Assembly: GCA_964016885.1 (NCBI GenBank)
Contig: OZ024750.1
Span: 5,518,001-5,582,000, forward strand
Length of the DNA stretch: 64,000 nt
Reading direction: 5' to 3'
Source of the DNA: Eledone cirrhosa
Lineage: Eukaryota
Part shown: one piece after another, positions 14,752 through 27,945 of the stretch
Numbering within the stretch: position 1 is the stretch's first letter
Layout of the letters: the number at the start of each line of letters is the position of its first letter
Program-made: the position numbers and the translations under genes
The notes under the pieces: generated by a model
Database searches by the model: none
What the model saw: the letters and a program-made list of their open reading frames with translations, nothing else
What the model was told of the DNA's origin: nothing

Positions 14752-14969
14752 TCCATAAGAGTATCTTGGCCAGCTTTTGAATTTTGTAGCCGACCCTCAT
14801 ATATTGAAGCGATGCTAGAGCTGTGAAATCGTGCAGGCATTAATTTCAACTCTTCTTATTAATAACTGGATTGTTTCTTTCCAGAGACTATGGTTGAAAA
14901 ATAAAGTTCATTTGGTCAATACATGAGAGTATCTTGGTCAGCCTATGAACTTTTTAGCCAACCCTCGTA
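14752..14969. mobile_element. Mariner-type MITE (partial / rearranged)
   Basis: Internal and right-TIR sequence matches 3854-4060. Confidence 0.75.
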
Positions 14970-15277
14970 GAGTAGTATATGGTAGGGTACAGTGATGGGG
15001 AGAATATTTAATCCGCTCAACTGAAAACATAATTTGCAACAACACTGATTCCAAGCTGATTTGGTCTTTATTTTTCCCTCAGACAACATCAATGGTATAT
15101 AGGGGGGAGGGGGGGATTGCTGGGATATGAATGAAAGAAAGCTAAAGGGAGATAAATCCTAATTGACATCTTTTACTTACTGTTAGGTCTAAAATCCATA
15201 AAAAGGACAAACCAGCTTGTCCTTTCAATTATATAAGGGTTTCTAGTTTTGTTGTTGTTGTTGTTGGGGGGGGGGGT

Positions 15278-15510
15278 ACGTGGCTTACGATCATAATGTC
15301 GTGGGTTCGATTCCTGGACTGACTGTGTTGTGTTCTTGAGCTAAACACTTCGCTTCACACTACGTCAGTATACTTAGCTGAATATAATTACCAGCAGTAG
15401 CTAGGTGTTTAACCATGTGATGGACTGACGTCCTATCCAGGGGAAAGGGGAGTCTTGAACTTTCAGTTGCTTAACGCCAGAGAAACCGGGACAAGCCTCT
15501 GGGATCAAGA
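15278..15510 (+). mobile_element. Diverged tRNA-derived SINE
   Basis: GGGTTCGATTCC B-box followed by TTCTTGAGCTAAACACTT; relatives at about 3685, 11425, 35095-35345 (-) and 40380. Confidence 0.65.
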
Positions 15511-15819
15511 CACACTTTAGACTTAAGAATTAGAGGTTAGTTTTGGTTTTCATGAAAATTGAACCACCAACTAGGACCTCAACCATTTCACTGACATACC
15601 ACAAGAGCACAGAAACCGTTACTTCTTGCATATTAAATATTGGGTAAATCAGTAAATTTCACAATTTCTCTAATTACTAATTATTAAATTAAAAGTTTTT
15701 AGTTTATTTTGTAATTTCATTGGCTGAGTCATAGTTTTATCTTCACTTTATCTAACAAAAGTGCATATACATATATATTTGCATGTGTGTATGTATGCCA
15801 TGACTGTGTAATATGTATG

Positions 15820-15853
<34 letters not shown>

Positions 15854-15938
15854 TATATATATATGTATGTATATAAAAAATATATGTGTATAATATACGT
15901 ATGTATATATATATTGTTATACATATTGTTGTAATATG

Positions 15939-15989
<51 letters not shown>

Positions 15990-16204
15990 TGAGATAAAGA
16001 AACAAGAAAAATGCATGACACACACAATGAGATAGCAAAAAAAGAAAAAAAAAGAAAAAGAAGTAATATGATTCAGTATTGAATAATTACAGAAATTATG
16101 GAATGTAGATATGACCTTCCTCCTACAGTTGAGGACACAACGGTAGCCTTAGTATTATTGTCAAATTGGAAGGCACCCAACCCAACCCAATCTATAATGT
16201 ACTG

Positions 16205-16560
16205 GTTTATACAATAAAATGCACCCAACCTATCCTGTAAAGTGACAGTGCTAGTGTCATAATAAAATGCACCCAACCTATCCTGTAAAGTGATAGTGCT
16301 AGTGTCACAATAAAATGCACCCAACCTATCCTGTAAAGTGACAGTGCTAGTGTCATAATAAAATGCACCCAACCTATCCTGTAAAGTGACAGTGCTAGTG
16401 TCATAATAAAATGCACCCAACCTATCCTGTAAAGTGATAGTGCTAGTGTCACAATAAAATGCACCCAACCTATCCTGTAAAGTGACAGTGCTAGTGTCAC
16501 AATAAAATGCACCCAATTTACTCTGTAAAGAGGTTGTGCTAGTGTCACAATAAAATGCAC
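16205..16560 (+). repeat. 48-bp minisatellite, about 7 units
   Basis: Unit aataaaatgcacccaacctatcctgtaaagtgacagtgctagtgtcac. Confidence 0.92.
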
Positions 16561-16720
16561 TTTGTCAGCTGATGTTATTGTGGTGTATGTTGATGGACAT
16601 CTCTCTGATCCACATTCTTTAATCAACTTTAATGTTATTCTGAGTTCAGTTTTGTGTCTCGCTCTACACTCTTCCTTTTATACATCAATAGTCTACACGC
16701 GCCATCCCCTCCAACAATAG

Positions 16721-17040
16721 TATGGTATAGTATGGTCCTGTAACTCCTGATAGAGTCGTAGAGGTGCCGTATTGACATACAGCATTTCTTGGGCATTTTA
16801 AAGCCTGGTGGAGCCCACCCCTCTCCAGGCCTGAGTACAACAGATTTCTTCCAGGGAAAGATAGAAAGTGGGAGAGGGAGAATGAAAGTAAGAAAGAGGT
16901 ATAGAGGAAGAATCGATCCCAGTACTAGACTGGTATGTTTTTTTATTGACCTTAAAAGGATGAAAGGCAAAGTTGACCTTGACAGGATTTGAACTCAGTG
17001 AGCATTCAATCTGATGTTCTAATGACTCTGTCAATTCGCT
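16721..17040 (-). mobile_element. Nin-domain SINE, long-tail variant, with 20-bp TSD
   Basis: Flanked by gccatcccctccaacaatag at 16701-16720 and 17041-17060; Nin core (rc: gtcaactttgcctttcatcctttta); the tail recurs near 49010-49220 and 51260-51550. Confidence 0.82.
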
Positions 17041-17637
17041 GCCATCCCCTCCAACAATAGCCATTATTATCTCCATGATGCCAGCTACCACCCTTCCCAA
17101 ACCTTTCCCACCAAAACAACCTTGACATTTCACATCACATCTGTACTGACTCCATGAATAAAGATTTTGTAAACATCCTCTAATGGGGTCATGTCAATCT
17201 TCAACACCCAAAAAATACACACTCACTGTTCATATCAAAGAAATATTCTCATCCCTACCCTCCTAAATATTAACAGTGTAAAACTAGAACCACATAATCA
17301 TTTCTAATGAAAGACAGCCTATGTTTTTTAAACAATTTTGAAAATAATAAAAAATTTGGAAGGATTTAGAAATATAACTAACATTCTCATTATTAAGCTG
17401 GTATTTGGAACATAACTTAACAAAGATTCTTACATAAAATTATGACAGAAGATTTTTAGATAAATATAGACACTTTAAAATAAACAATATCGATTTTAGA
17501 ACCAGATGTGGCTCCATGCAGTTTGGTATCAAAAGGGTTAAGGGCACCAATCTTACTGATCTTAGCGAGCATATAAAAGCCATGGCCACAGGCCCTTCTT
17601 TAGCTCTTCTTCCCCAATTATTAATTATAGCTTAGCT

Positions 17638-17854
17638 TTAACCCTTTAGTATTGACATTACTCCCTCTATATATACTATTATATTTTCATGGTAAAGGCT
17701 TTACCTTCCATAGTTATCTCACATAATATCGAATCTATGAGATTTTGATATTATTTATTTTGAGAACAATACCTTCACATCAGTATAAGCGGCCAGTTAC
17801 AGTCAGTTTGAACAGAAAGATATGGTCGGTTTAAATGGTAAAGGGTAGGGTTAA
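17638..17854. mobile_element. TTAA-flanked (piggyBac-like) MITE, diverged
   Basis: TTAA-CCCTTTAG ... AAAGGG; internal sequence shared with copies at 33175, 36916, 39329, 45267, 48723 and 50178. Confidence 0.7.
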
Positions 17855-18259
17855 ACTCTCTGTATCCATTCATCTCATCTACTTATTGAAGTCATTTGTA
17901 AGTTATACCAAACGTTCAGTTCACTGTATTTGAGATTTAGATTTGGATAAAGTTGACCTAGAAAGGAGAACAACATTATTTGTTTGATCTCTCCCTTCTA
18001 GACTCTAAAATTCATTTTAGTGGCAGGTGTGACAAACAATCCTTTTCCATTCACTCCTAGAGTTAAGCTCCTCCCATCAAGAAGAACAGCTTACAGAAGG
18101 GACTGAAACTTTAAAGAAGAAGAAGAAAGAAGAAAAAAACACCCCTGGTAGACTTAATTGTTCTTTTATAGCTTATATAGAGACTTGTCATGGCTAGATA
18201 CATTCTCTTACTACTCTGTTTTATCAGAAAGTCACTGTAACCTACCTCGATTCTGTAAA

Positions 18260-18820
18260 ACCACCAACATCATCATCATCATCACAAAAGACAATAATGA
18301 TAACAACTATGTTAGAACCATCACAATACTCCCCTTGCTGCAACCTCCACCCCCACCCACAATAACACCACCACCACCACCACAATAAACACCACAACCA
18401 ACAACACCATCACAACCACCAACATCATCACAATAACACTACCACCACCACCATCACAACCACCAACATCATCACAATAACACCACCACCATCACCATCA
18501 CAAAAACATCACACCATCACAATAACACTACCACCACCACCATCACAACCACCAACATCATCACAATAACACCACCACCACCACCATCACACCATCACAA
18601 TAACACAACCACCAACATCATCACAATAGCACCATCACCACCATCACAATACCACCACCACCATCACCATCACAAAAACATCACACTATCACAATAACAC
18701 TACCGCCATCACAATAACACTACCACCACCACCATCACAACCACCAACATCATCACAATAGCACCATCACCACCATCACAATACCACCACCACCATCACA
18801 ATAGCAACACCACCATTAGC
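18260..18820. repeat. Complex CAC/CAT/CAA low-complexity array
   Basis: Directly visible. Confidence 0.9.
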
Positions 18821-19088
18821 ATCAGCAGCAGTTATTTCATGTTCAGATAATGGAAGATGTTAACAAAAAAATAGGTGGAGAGTGCATTCTTCGTTTTTTT
18901 TCTATAAAATTCTATGGCTGGGAATTGATCCAATCTATATTAGCAACACACATTATACTTTCATTACCATATTTCTAACGAAAGACACTACTTATGATTT
19001 TCAGAATATATATGAAAATAATCAAGAATTTGTAGGGATTTAGTAATATAATTAATTTTAACTTTCTCATTATTAAGTTTGTGTTTAA

Positions 19089-19440
19089 GGGCGGTGGATT
19101 GGCAGCATCGGTAGAGCATTGGACAACATGCTTTATGGCATAGAATTACGGCCCTTTACGTTCTGATTTCAAATCCCGCTGAAGTTAGCTTTGCTTTTCA
19201 TCCTTACAAGGTCGATAAACTAAAGTACCAGTAATGCAGTGGGGTCAATTTAATCGACTTTCCCCCTCCGCTCAAATTGTTGTCCTTGTGCCTAAATTAG
19301 AAATCATTATTAAGTACGATCTGAGTTCAAATCCCGCCGAGGTTGACTTTGCCTTTCATCCTTACGGGGTCGATAAAATAAAGTACCAGTAATGCACTGG
19401 GTAATTGCTGGCCTTGTGCCTAAAGTAGAAACAATTATTA
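19089..19440 (+). mobile_element. Two tandem Nin-domain tRNA-derived SINEs (octopus OR-type)
   Basis: GGCGGTGGATTGGCAGCATCGG head, TTCAAATCCC B-box, core gttgactttgcctttcatccttacggggtcgataaaataaagtaccag, ATT tail. Confidence 0.88.
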
Positions 19441-21258
19441 AGTTGGTGTTTGGAATGTAACTCAACAAAAGTTCTTACATAAAATTATGATGGAAGGTTT
19501 TTAGGTAAATACGAACATATTTGTATTGTGGAACCATGATTGGTTTCAGACAGTTTGATAACCAAAAGAAAAAAAATATTCAAAGTAACTCTACTTTTTT
19601 ATTATCATATGAGGAAGGTATATGTAAAAGCCCAATGTTTATAAGGTTAGGTTGCTGGGATATTGATCACTTATTGATTAATCCTTTAATTACCAACCTG
19701 GCCAAAACTGGCTCTGGTTCTATCAAATAAAACCTCCCATTTTAACGGTTTTCAATTTAAATTTAAATCTTTTAACATAATTTTATAAAAGAACTTTACA
19801 TTAAATTACTATCTTACTAATGAAATAATTAATAATTTTAGTAATTTTCTCAAAATACTTCATTCATTGATTAAAATGGAACAGCTTGCTTATTAAATTA
19901 GTGAATATTCCATGCATGTTTACATGGTCAAGGAGATTTAGCATGGCACAATGTGTGACAAGGCTGGCCCTTTGAATTACAGGTACAGTCCATCTGATGG
20001 GCATCCAAACAGTTTCAATATACTCAATTTCATTCATAAGGCATGGGTCAATTCAAAGCTATAGTAAATGACGCTTGCCCAAGAGGTTCTGTAGCGGGAT
20101 CGAACCCATGACCTAATGATTGTGAAGTGAACTTCTTAACCATTCGACTATGTTACTTCTACTAGAGAAGTAAAGACTGGGAGCTGCTATGCAGTCGTTT
20201 GCTCTACTAGAAATAGTATCCAAATCTCCCTAAAATGAAACCATATCAGCTTAAATAAGACAAGGACACTTTAGATAATGTAGCACTTTTTCATATAAAA
20301 GTTGCGATGGTCATGGTTGGAATGTCTTTTGATCACAGACCTGCTTGAGACAAAGCAACATAAACAAACCTTGTTAATGCCTTCTATCATTTTTGTTGTG
20401 AATGTAATAGTCTCGTGTCACTTGCATCTTGCTAATTAAAAAAAAAAAAAATCAAAACATTTTATTGGAGTTATCTCCCTTTCTTGTTTTTAGGGGAGTT
20501 TTGTTTATTGTCTGGTTGATCTCAGTAATAGGTTGAGTCATTGGGGTGTCAAATTAAACCTTGCACTGTTTGTCTCACTGTGATCTGAGTTCAAATCCCA
20601 CCAAGGTCAACTTTAACTTTTTATCTTTTGAGGTCGATAAATAAAGTACTAAATAATTTATTTGTGATTTTCTTATCGTAAATCTTGAGCCATTTCATTG
20701 CCCGATGTTGCCATGCATTTTACTATTCTTTATGCGTAAGTTAATGTTGTTGTTGGTGTTGTTGGAGTAGAGGAGGTCTACAAATTCTGATCAATGGTGT
20801 CATGAGCGTAAACACAACCTTTATTTGATTGAAATTACCGTACGCTCGCCGACCATCGGATTTGATCCGACCACCTCGCATTCACTTATGTTTTCATTTC
20901 AGTTTCATTTTATTGTTGGAACTGTTCGTTCTATCACATCAGGTGGCCAACGGTTTCATCCTTGGTGATCAAGGAGGTTCAGATGCGAATCAGTAGCCAG
21001 CTTCCGAGTAATGGTCGGACGAGGAATCGGGACCCATCAATGATATATTTTTCTTCGATGAAAATCATGGACATACAGCATAATATAGAGGAACGTTTGT
21101 GCAATTGTCCTTTATCTAAGGCCCCCAGCATTGAGGATGGGAAAAGACCAGACAAGGCTATATATACATATATATATATAGTAATTATAGTAAGGGATTC
21201 TCAGCGAAATGTACGTTACGGATTTTAATAAACCAAAACTAAATGAATATGGCCTCGG

Positions 21259-21287
<29 letters not shown>

Positions 21288-21289
<2 letters not shown>

Positions 21290-21401
21290 GGAACGAGTAG
21301 GACCCCGACGGCTGAGCTCAAGCCGTTTCGACGGCTAATTCAGTCCAGAATTAGCCGTCGAAACGGCTTGAGCTCAGCCGTCGGGGTCCTACTCGTTCCT
21401 A
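21288..21401. repeat. Perfect 54-bp-arm palindrome built from the 3' half of a hammerhead-like motif
   Basis: Arms 21288-21341 and 21348-21401 are exact reverse complements around the loop AGTCCA; a single-arm relative lies at 57683-57744. Confidence 0.93.
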
Positions 21402-23093
21402 TTACCCACTCTACTACCCTAAGTATTGAGTACTTTGGTGCGTTATGGTCCACCTGGTTCCTTACCACATTTCCTTCGTTATATATATATATATACAAAA
21501 GGGTTTTCGGTAGGGCAATAAATTACTTAATATTATCTTAGCAATTGACAAGTTGGAGGTTTGACTTACACACATGCACACACTTTCAAAATGCTCGTAC
21601 ACATGATTCAGCGCGCGCATAGACACACGCACACACATAGAGATTCGCGCTCCGACATTCATACAAACATGTGTGCAGATACATAATATAAAGTACAAGG
21701 TCTATTATCAGCAGCAGTTGTTTATATATAAATATATATATTTATGTGTGTATGTATGTATATATATATAGCCAACATTTACTAAACTGTATACTTTTCT
21801 TCGTCCTGCACGTTTGCCGTAAGTATTTTCCGGTGCATCCTATTTTTCTTTACATTCCTCTACATCCATATATTTAATTAGAAAGTAAACAATACAATAT
21901 ATAACTACTCCATTACCAAAGGTTTCAGGACCCTAGACAAATATTAACATACGTCTATATATATATATATGTATATTTAATACATTAACAGAGAAAGTTT
22001 TAAGCGATACTCTGACCAACTCCATCTCACTCAACAAACATTAGGATATACCTAAGTATAATCCCAATTAAGTGTTTGGCGTGCTAACTATACAGTATTC
22101 CGTGGATAGTTGGTTGTATTATTTTATATGAGACATAATTAAATAAATCTCTCTTTCTTTCCATACGATCGTTTCGATATAAGATTTCTACAAGTTGGGA
22201 TAAATAATCACTTGTATATAATCCATAGATATACACACAAGCATATTAATTTTATTAAGGCTAAATAGTGAGTCTTGTTACTCTAGAGTTTCGCTTGTTT
22301 ATTACAGGGCCATCTGAATATTAAAACTCTACTTCGGTATTGAGTACTCTTCTTTTTCTCAGCTGCCAACCACATACGGATATATATATATATATATTCC
22401 CGTTATAACTTATTTGAAATGGATTAGTTATATAATATTAATACGATTTTATAAACGACCCAACAAGGGACCATATCTATGATCACCTGATCTACTAGAA
22501 ATAGTAGGCAGCTATCTCTTAACTTCTATTTAAAACAAACAACCGAAAAGAAATTGGATAATGTATTCCACAATAGACTACCTGAAAAAAGAACAATAAA
22601 TAACGATAAAAATTACAACGTGAAAGAAGATGGTCAGAGTTGACCTGGATGTAAACAATGATTTTATAAGCAGAGTAGTATTTTTACTCGACGTAAGATC
22701 TGTTTACCTTCACACTTTTAGTCTTCTCGACTTCGTATGAAATTATAGTAATAAGGATGCTTATTTTTATAGATGCAAAAATATTCATGAATGTTGTATA
22801 AGTAAAAGGGGTCTTTCGGTTTATCAAATATTCTTGTTTAATTATTATTGATTTACTTTATATTTTAGAGTATATAACTTTATTATCATGTAACATATAT
22901 TCACAGTTGTATAGATAACATCATAAATGCGTAAATAACATTATAAATTGCAATTTGTTCAGAAGAACATTACAAATATAATGTCGTTGATAAACACGAA
23001 TATAAAAGAGAGAAAGAAAAATGGGAGGAAACGAAAACGACCATCAATTCACCACCAAGTTGCGACAATCGGCCGCACATCACATCATAATGG

Positions 23094-23545
23094 TTAACTA
23101 AACCCTTTGAGGCAGGCCAATACACTCGCAGCATTGCCACGGTTGATAGTGAGGCTAAGGTGCTGAAACAACCAAGTACCTTCACGGGCATCACCTGACA
23201 CCTCAGTAAGGCGAGCCTCCAGCGATGACAAGAACTTCGTTGTCAGAGGCCCAACTCCACCAAACGTCTCGAACGTCACAGGCTGGAAAATATTACTAGA
23301 TAAATCCAGGTATTTCCGAATTTTATTCTGTTCAGCAACGGAAACAGTGACTCCCCCCCTCCCACACATTTACCGCAGCAATCATGATGTAGGAGATGAT
23401 CAAAGGAGTCACTGACTGTGCCATCCCAGATGAGACATCTACCTCTTACCCAGGGACAAAGGGTAAGGCCGTCTGGTTTCTTTCCACGACTTCTGTATTA
23501 TCCAGCCGGCTCCAGAACTGAGGGGATATTTACCCGAGCCAGTGA
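23094..23545 (-). mobile_element. 3' fragment of a CRE-like non-LTR retrotransposon (restriction-like endonuclease domain), decayed
   Basis: [36 protein letters not shown], then (frameshift) AEQNKIRKY...FQPVTFETFGGVG...SGDAREGTWLFQHLSLTINRGNAASVL. Confidence 0.8.
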
Positions 23546-25539
23546 CGTTTTATTTTTAAAACAAACTCGAAAAAATGTCTTATGTTTAGTTTTCTGCTTT
23601 AACTTCTTCGTACTGTGTTGAAAATTTATTTTTTAATATATTTCGTTTCAATTTTTAATTTTATTTTCATCTTTTCTGCGACTGACCGGAGACTTCATAC
23701 AGTTTCGCCAGGGACGGGGAAAAGTGGACACAGGGCGCACCTGTCCACTTTTTATTCCGCCTCTAGGGGAGTACTTCACCTAATTTCCTCAACTACTATT
23801 TATAGTCATTGACTATTATTATCATCTTTTGCATTGGGACGTACATATTTCCCAATTCTTAAGTCAACCGCTTTGTTATGTGTGTATTGGCTTTGTAAAC
23901 AAAATCTAGTTCTTTTTATTGGTACTTAAGTGGCTTTCTTTGGGAATTACGCTTCGAACGAACAAATAGATAGTGTCCAGTCTTCTTTCAAAAAGGAAGT
24001 TTACAAATGAAGACGTATGTATATAATATTTGGAATTGATTTCAAATTTAGTATTATTTACCTAGAATATTATAATTGAAATTAACAATATTAGTTTCGG
24101 CTCTGAAATATAAATATTGTAAATATAATTCTCATTGTTATTTCCTTCCTAACGGCTACAATACTTAAGGAAAACCGAATTGTAAATATTCCGGATAATT
24201 TGAGATAATATTGAAGAAAATAATTAAAACTGATAAAACAATAATTGTATAATTTTAGAATATTAAAAAAATATTTTTTGATTTTCTGTTAATAATTTAA
24301 AAATTAATTTCAACATTTCTTAGCGTATCTTTGTTGCTTGGAACGATTTTGACACTAACAAGAAAGAAACGAACAAGTGAAATAAAGGAAAGAATTCTAT
24401 TACTATTGCAGTTGGTTTATAAATTGTTAGTGTTGCTATACCATGCCAGAACACCATGCCATTTAATATACGAAAGACAACTATTTTAAAGAAAACACCG
24501 AAAGTAGATAACGTAATACACTTAATTATTGCCTTACGGGGTCGATAAAATAAAGTACCAGTAATACACTGAATAATTTGTTGGCCTTGTGCCAAAAGTA
24601 GAAAATTATTCAATAGTTCGTTTCATTTGTAACCTCCATTTTTTTTTTTAAAAACTATATTTCATGAACACATTTTGAATCATGTCCCATCTAATACCAA
24701 CATTGATCATTTGTCAACTATGGCTATTAGAATCGAACTTCACCGAGGCAATATAATAAATATATCGAACAACAAACAACTCAGGACAAGTTATTTCGTG
24801 GTTTGTGCTTCGTTGCATGTAAGCTAACATTTACACATGATCTTGTGTACTTGTTTGTTTGGAATAGGAAGATAGTTTTTAGACGAACGATTCCAGAGTA
24901 TCTTCATTGATTGTCAGTCCTATTCACTGAATGTTAGTTGTTTTGCTGGCCACACTAAGATAAACGTAACCATAAAGTAAGTCCTAGCTAGAGTAAATAT
25001 TCCCATAACTTCTGGAACCAGTAGGACTGTTTAGGGGGTCTGAGAAGAGATACCATGGGTTTACTTTTTGTTTTTTTTAACCAAAGACAATAAATGTTAC
25101 ATACAGGACGCCACTGTTACGGATTCTGGCATTAGTATAGACTAGAGTCGGATATTACTGAAACTGAATGTATCGGATTTTTCACCATATTCCGGATGTG
25201 ATTTTCTTGTAAATATTGACTTATTTCTTTGCCCGCTGCTGCTCAACATTTGCATTATTCTGTATGCGTATTTTAAGGTTGTTGTTGTTGGTGAGCATAA
25301 TCACAACATTCATTTGATTGAAATTACCGTACGCTCGCTGGTAATCGATTTCATTCGTTTTCTGTTTCATTTTATTGTTCATATCCAACTCTTGTCTATA
25401 TCAATGCCATGTTTCTTTTGTTCTATCACACAAGCAGTAAAAACGGAGATTATTGCGTCCCTAGTTAAACGGGAACAACATCCTTAGAAATCTTTATTTG
25501 CTAGTTGAATTATATTTTCTAACCTGTGCTAGCTACTCA

Positions 25540-25750
25540 CAGGAGTCGGGCCGCCCGGCCACGAAGTTTTTGATAATGTTTACGTTCCGTCTTATCTAAG
25601 TATCAGGTGATGCTCGCGAGAGTACTTAGCTGTTACAACGCATCAGCCTCGCATCACCTGCTTGTACTGCCGCCAGTGTTTCGTACTGCCTGAAAACCGT
25701 TTAGAGGAAAATACCAGCATCCTCACGTTGTAGTGTGTAATTGTTATTTT
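25540..25750 (+). promoter_or_regulatory. Probable XPNPEP1 promoter / non-coding first exon region
   Basis: Locally CpG- and GC-rich (GTCGGGCCGCCCGGCC, CTCGCGAG) and not recognisably repetitive, about 1.5 kb upstream of an ATG exon that begins with a splice acceptor, so an upstream exon must exist. Exact donor not determined. Confidence 0.4.
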
Positions 25751-26679
25751 GTTCCTTACATTTTCGACTATTTCTTATTGTTATTGTCTATTTCGTTTGT
25801 AAATTGTTAATCTAATAAAAATCATATCTGAAAGTATCCAGTCAAAAATGAAACTATCGGAAGTATTTAAGGATGAATGCTTTGTGTTGTATACTTGAGT
25901 TTATTAGAATTACGATAACATAGAATCTAATCAGGAAGAGCATGAATGTCTCACTGTTGTATTCCTCTTTCTTAAGTTGTGTTTTATGTAAAATAAATAA
26001 TTTAACTTGTTTCCACTCCAGGCCTGTTTTTTTTTAGCCCCAGTCGATGAAAGTCATCCAACCGTGACCGCCCGGTTATTTTATGTATCAAGGAGTAGCA
26101 TTGTTAAGCTTGTCCTTGCTTTTTTAAGACTGTAAGGTTTCATTTGATAGAGATTTGGCTGCTATTTTCTGAACAGGCATAGATACTCCCTCACTAACTC
26201 TGTCAACTTTGTATGTAGTAAAGGTAATATGTTCTCAGAAATGGACTGTATACTGTTGATAGATATCTGGCAGTGTATGTTTGACAATAAATACATAAAC
26301 ATGACAATTATCTAAGCAATAGATAGGAAATTATGTTTTAAGCTTGGTGATTTAAAACGTTAGTTAAATCCCTTCAAATTCTTGATTATTTAAAAAATTA
26401 TTTGAATATCATAGGCAGTATTATTCATTAGAAATATGGTAACAAAATCGTTAAACAAATTAACTTTACATAGAACATAAACAGGAATAATCTAAGAAGC
26501 AGTGGCTGTCTTTTAAAACCAATTCTTATGGAGGTTTCATATTTTAACATCAGTAGGTTGTTGAAAGTAGTTGAGACAAGAGTCAAATTTAACAACTTGT
26601 TCATCCATTTTACATTTTTGCGGCCTTCAAACTTCACATTTTTCTATAACAATTTCTGATCCTAATTTTGTAGTGGATA

Positions 26680-27129
26680 CAAAATTATTAACCATCTTGC
26701 CAACAACAACCCAGAGTACCTTTTTGATTTCCATGTGTCTAACAGACGTGGGCATGCCAACAAATTCAGCACAGTTCCCATGACTTTCGGAAACATTTTT
26801 CACGCTCAGAGTTGCTGAAGCATGGAACAAACTACCTGCATCAGTTATTAGCTGTCGAGACACTGCATCCTTTAAAATCTCCATGGAACAAACTACCTGC
26901 ATCAGTTATTAGCTGTCGAGACACTGCATCCTTTAAAACCTCCATGCTTCCTGAGATTCGCCAACACTACACCTGATATTCCCTCTCACCATACACACAC
27001 ACACATGTATATCATGACTCATACACTATTCACTTCCCTGACATTTGTATATTATTCTATGTACTATACATGCACCTTTGATGAGTTGTAGTGCACCTGA
27101 GCACTGTACACAATAATTATTATTATTAT
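26680..27129 (+). mobile_element. 3' end of a CR1-like LINE with (TTA)n tail and an internal tandem duplication of about 60 bp
   Basis: HDFRKHFFTLRVAEAWNKLPASVISCRDTASFK; shorter 3' copies at 27330-27420 and 28320-28530. Confidence 0.82.
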
Positions 27130-27177
27130 ATATTTCTATTTTTCTTTATTACAGGGACCTGATTAAGAACAAGAAAC

Positions 27178-27291
27178 ATGACTACAAAGGCCTCCAATCT
27201 GTTGTTAAAATTTCGGATTTTAATGAGAAGCAAACAATTTGTGAATGAAATTATCCATGCATATATTGTTCCACATCAGGATGCTCATCAG
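27178..27291 (+). CDS. XPNPEP1: XPNPEP1 coding exon 1 (exon starts 27155)
   Basis: [38 protein letters not shown]; acag/ ... /gtaaat. Confidence 0.92.
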
Positions 27292-27907
27292 GTAAATGAA
27301 AACCATTAGCAAATATCATCATCATTATCATAGCACCTGAGCACTATACACAATAATTTCATTATCATCATCATCGTAGCACCTGAGCACGGTACACAAT
27401 AATTTCATTATTATTATCATCATTTAATGTCTATTTTTCCACGCTTGTATGGGTTAGATGGGTTTTTATGTTAGGAGACAAGTCAAGTCTGGGGACCACA
27501 TCTTGCTCATATGAATCTGTATTTTGGCTTGGGTTCTACAGCTGGATGCCCTTCCTAATGTTAACCACATTACAGTGTTGACTGGGTGCTTTTGGTGAGG
27601 TCAGTATTTTGACGATTTTCACCAACTTCAAATTCTACGAAAATAAAGTTTGGATTTTTGCCCATTTCTCAAACATAAAATAGCGGGGTCAGCTTACATT
27701 TGTATTGGCTTATATTTGAGTATATACAGTATGTTCTTATATAATCTGAGTTTGAATCTCACTTTGGTTGACATCTTTCTAAGGTTGATAAAATAAAGAT
27801 CAACAATCACATACATGGTTGATATCATTGACTATACACTTATCATAGCATTTCTGGCCTTGTATCTGTGTTAGAAATCACAACTGGTGACACCAGAACA
27901 ACAATTA

Positions 27908-27945
<38 letters not shown>

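Noticed and set aside
23720-23766. 11-bp hairpin followed by CTAG (Helitron 3' end?)
   Set aside because: CTAG is not followed by T, no 5' TC end was found and there is no second copy in the window.
20813-25430. Shared segment catttgattgaaattaccgtacgctcgc near 20820 and 25310
   Set aside because: Looks like two diverged copies of an unclassified dispersed repeat; no further structure recognised.
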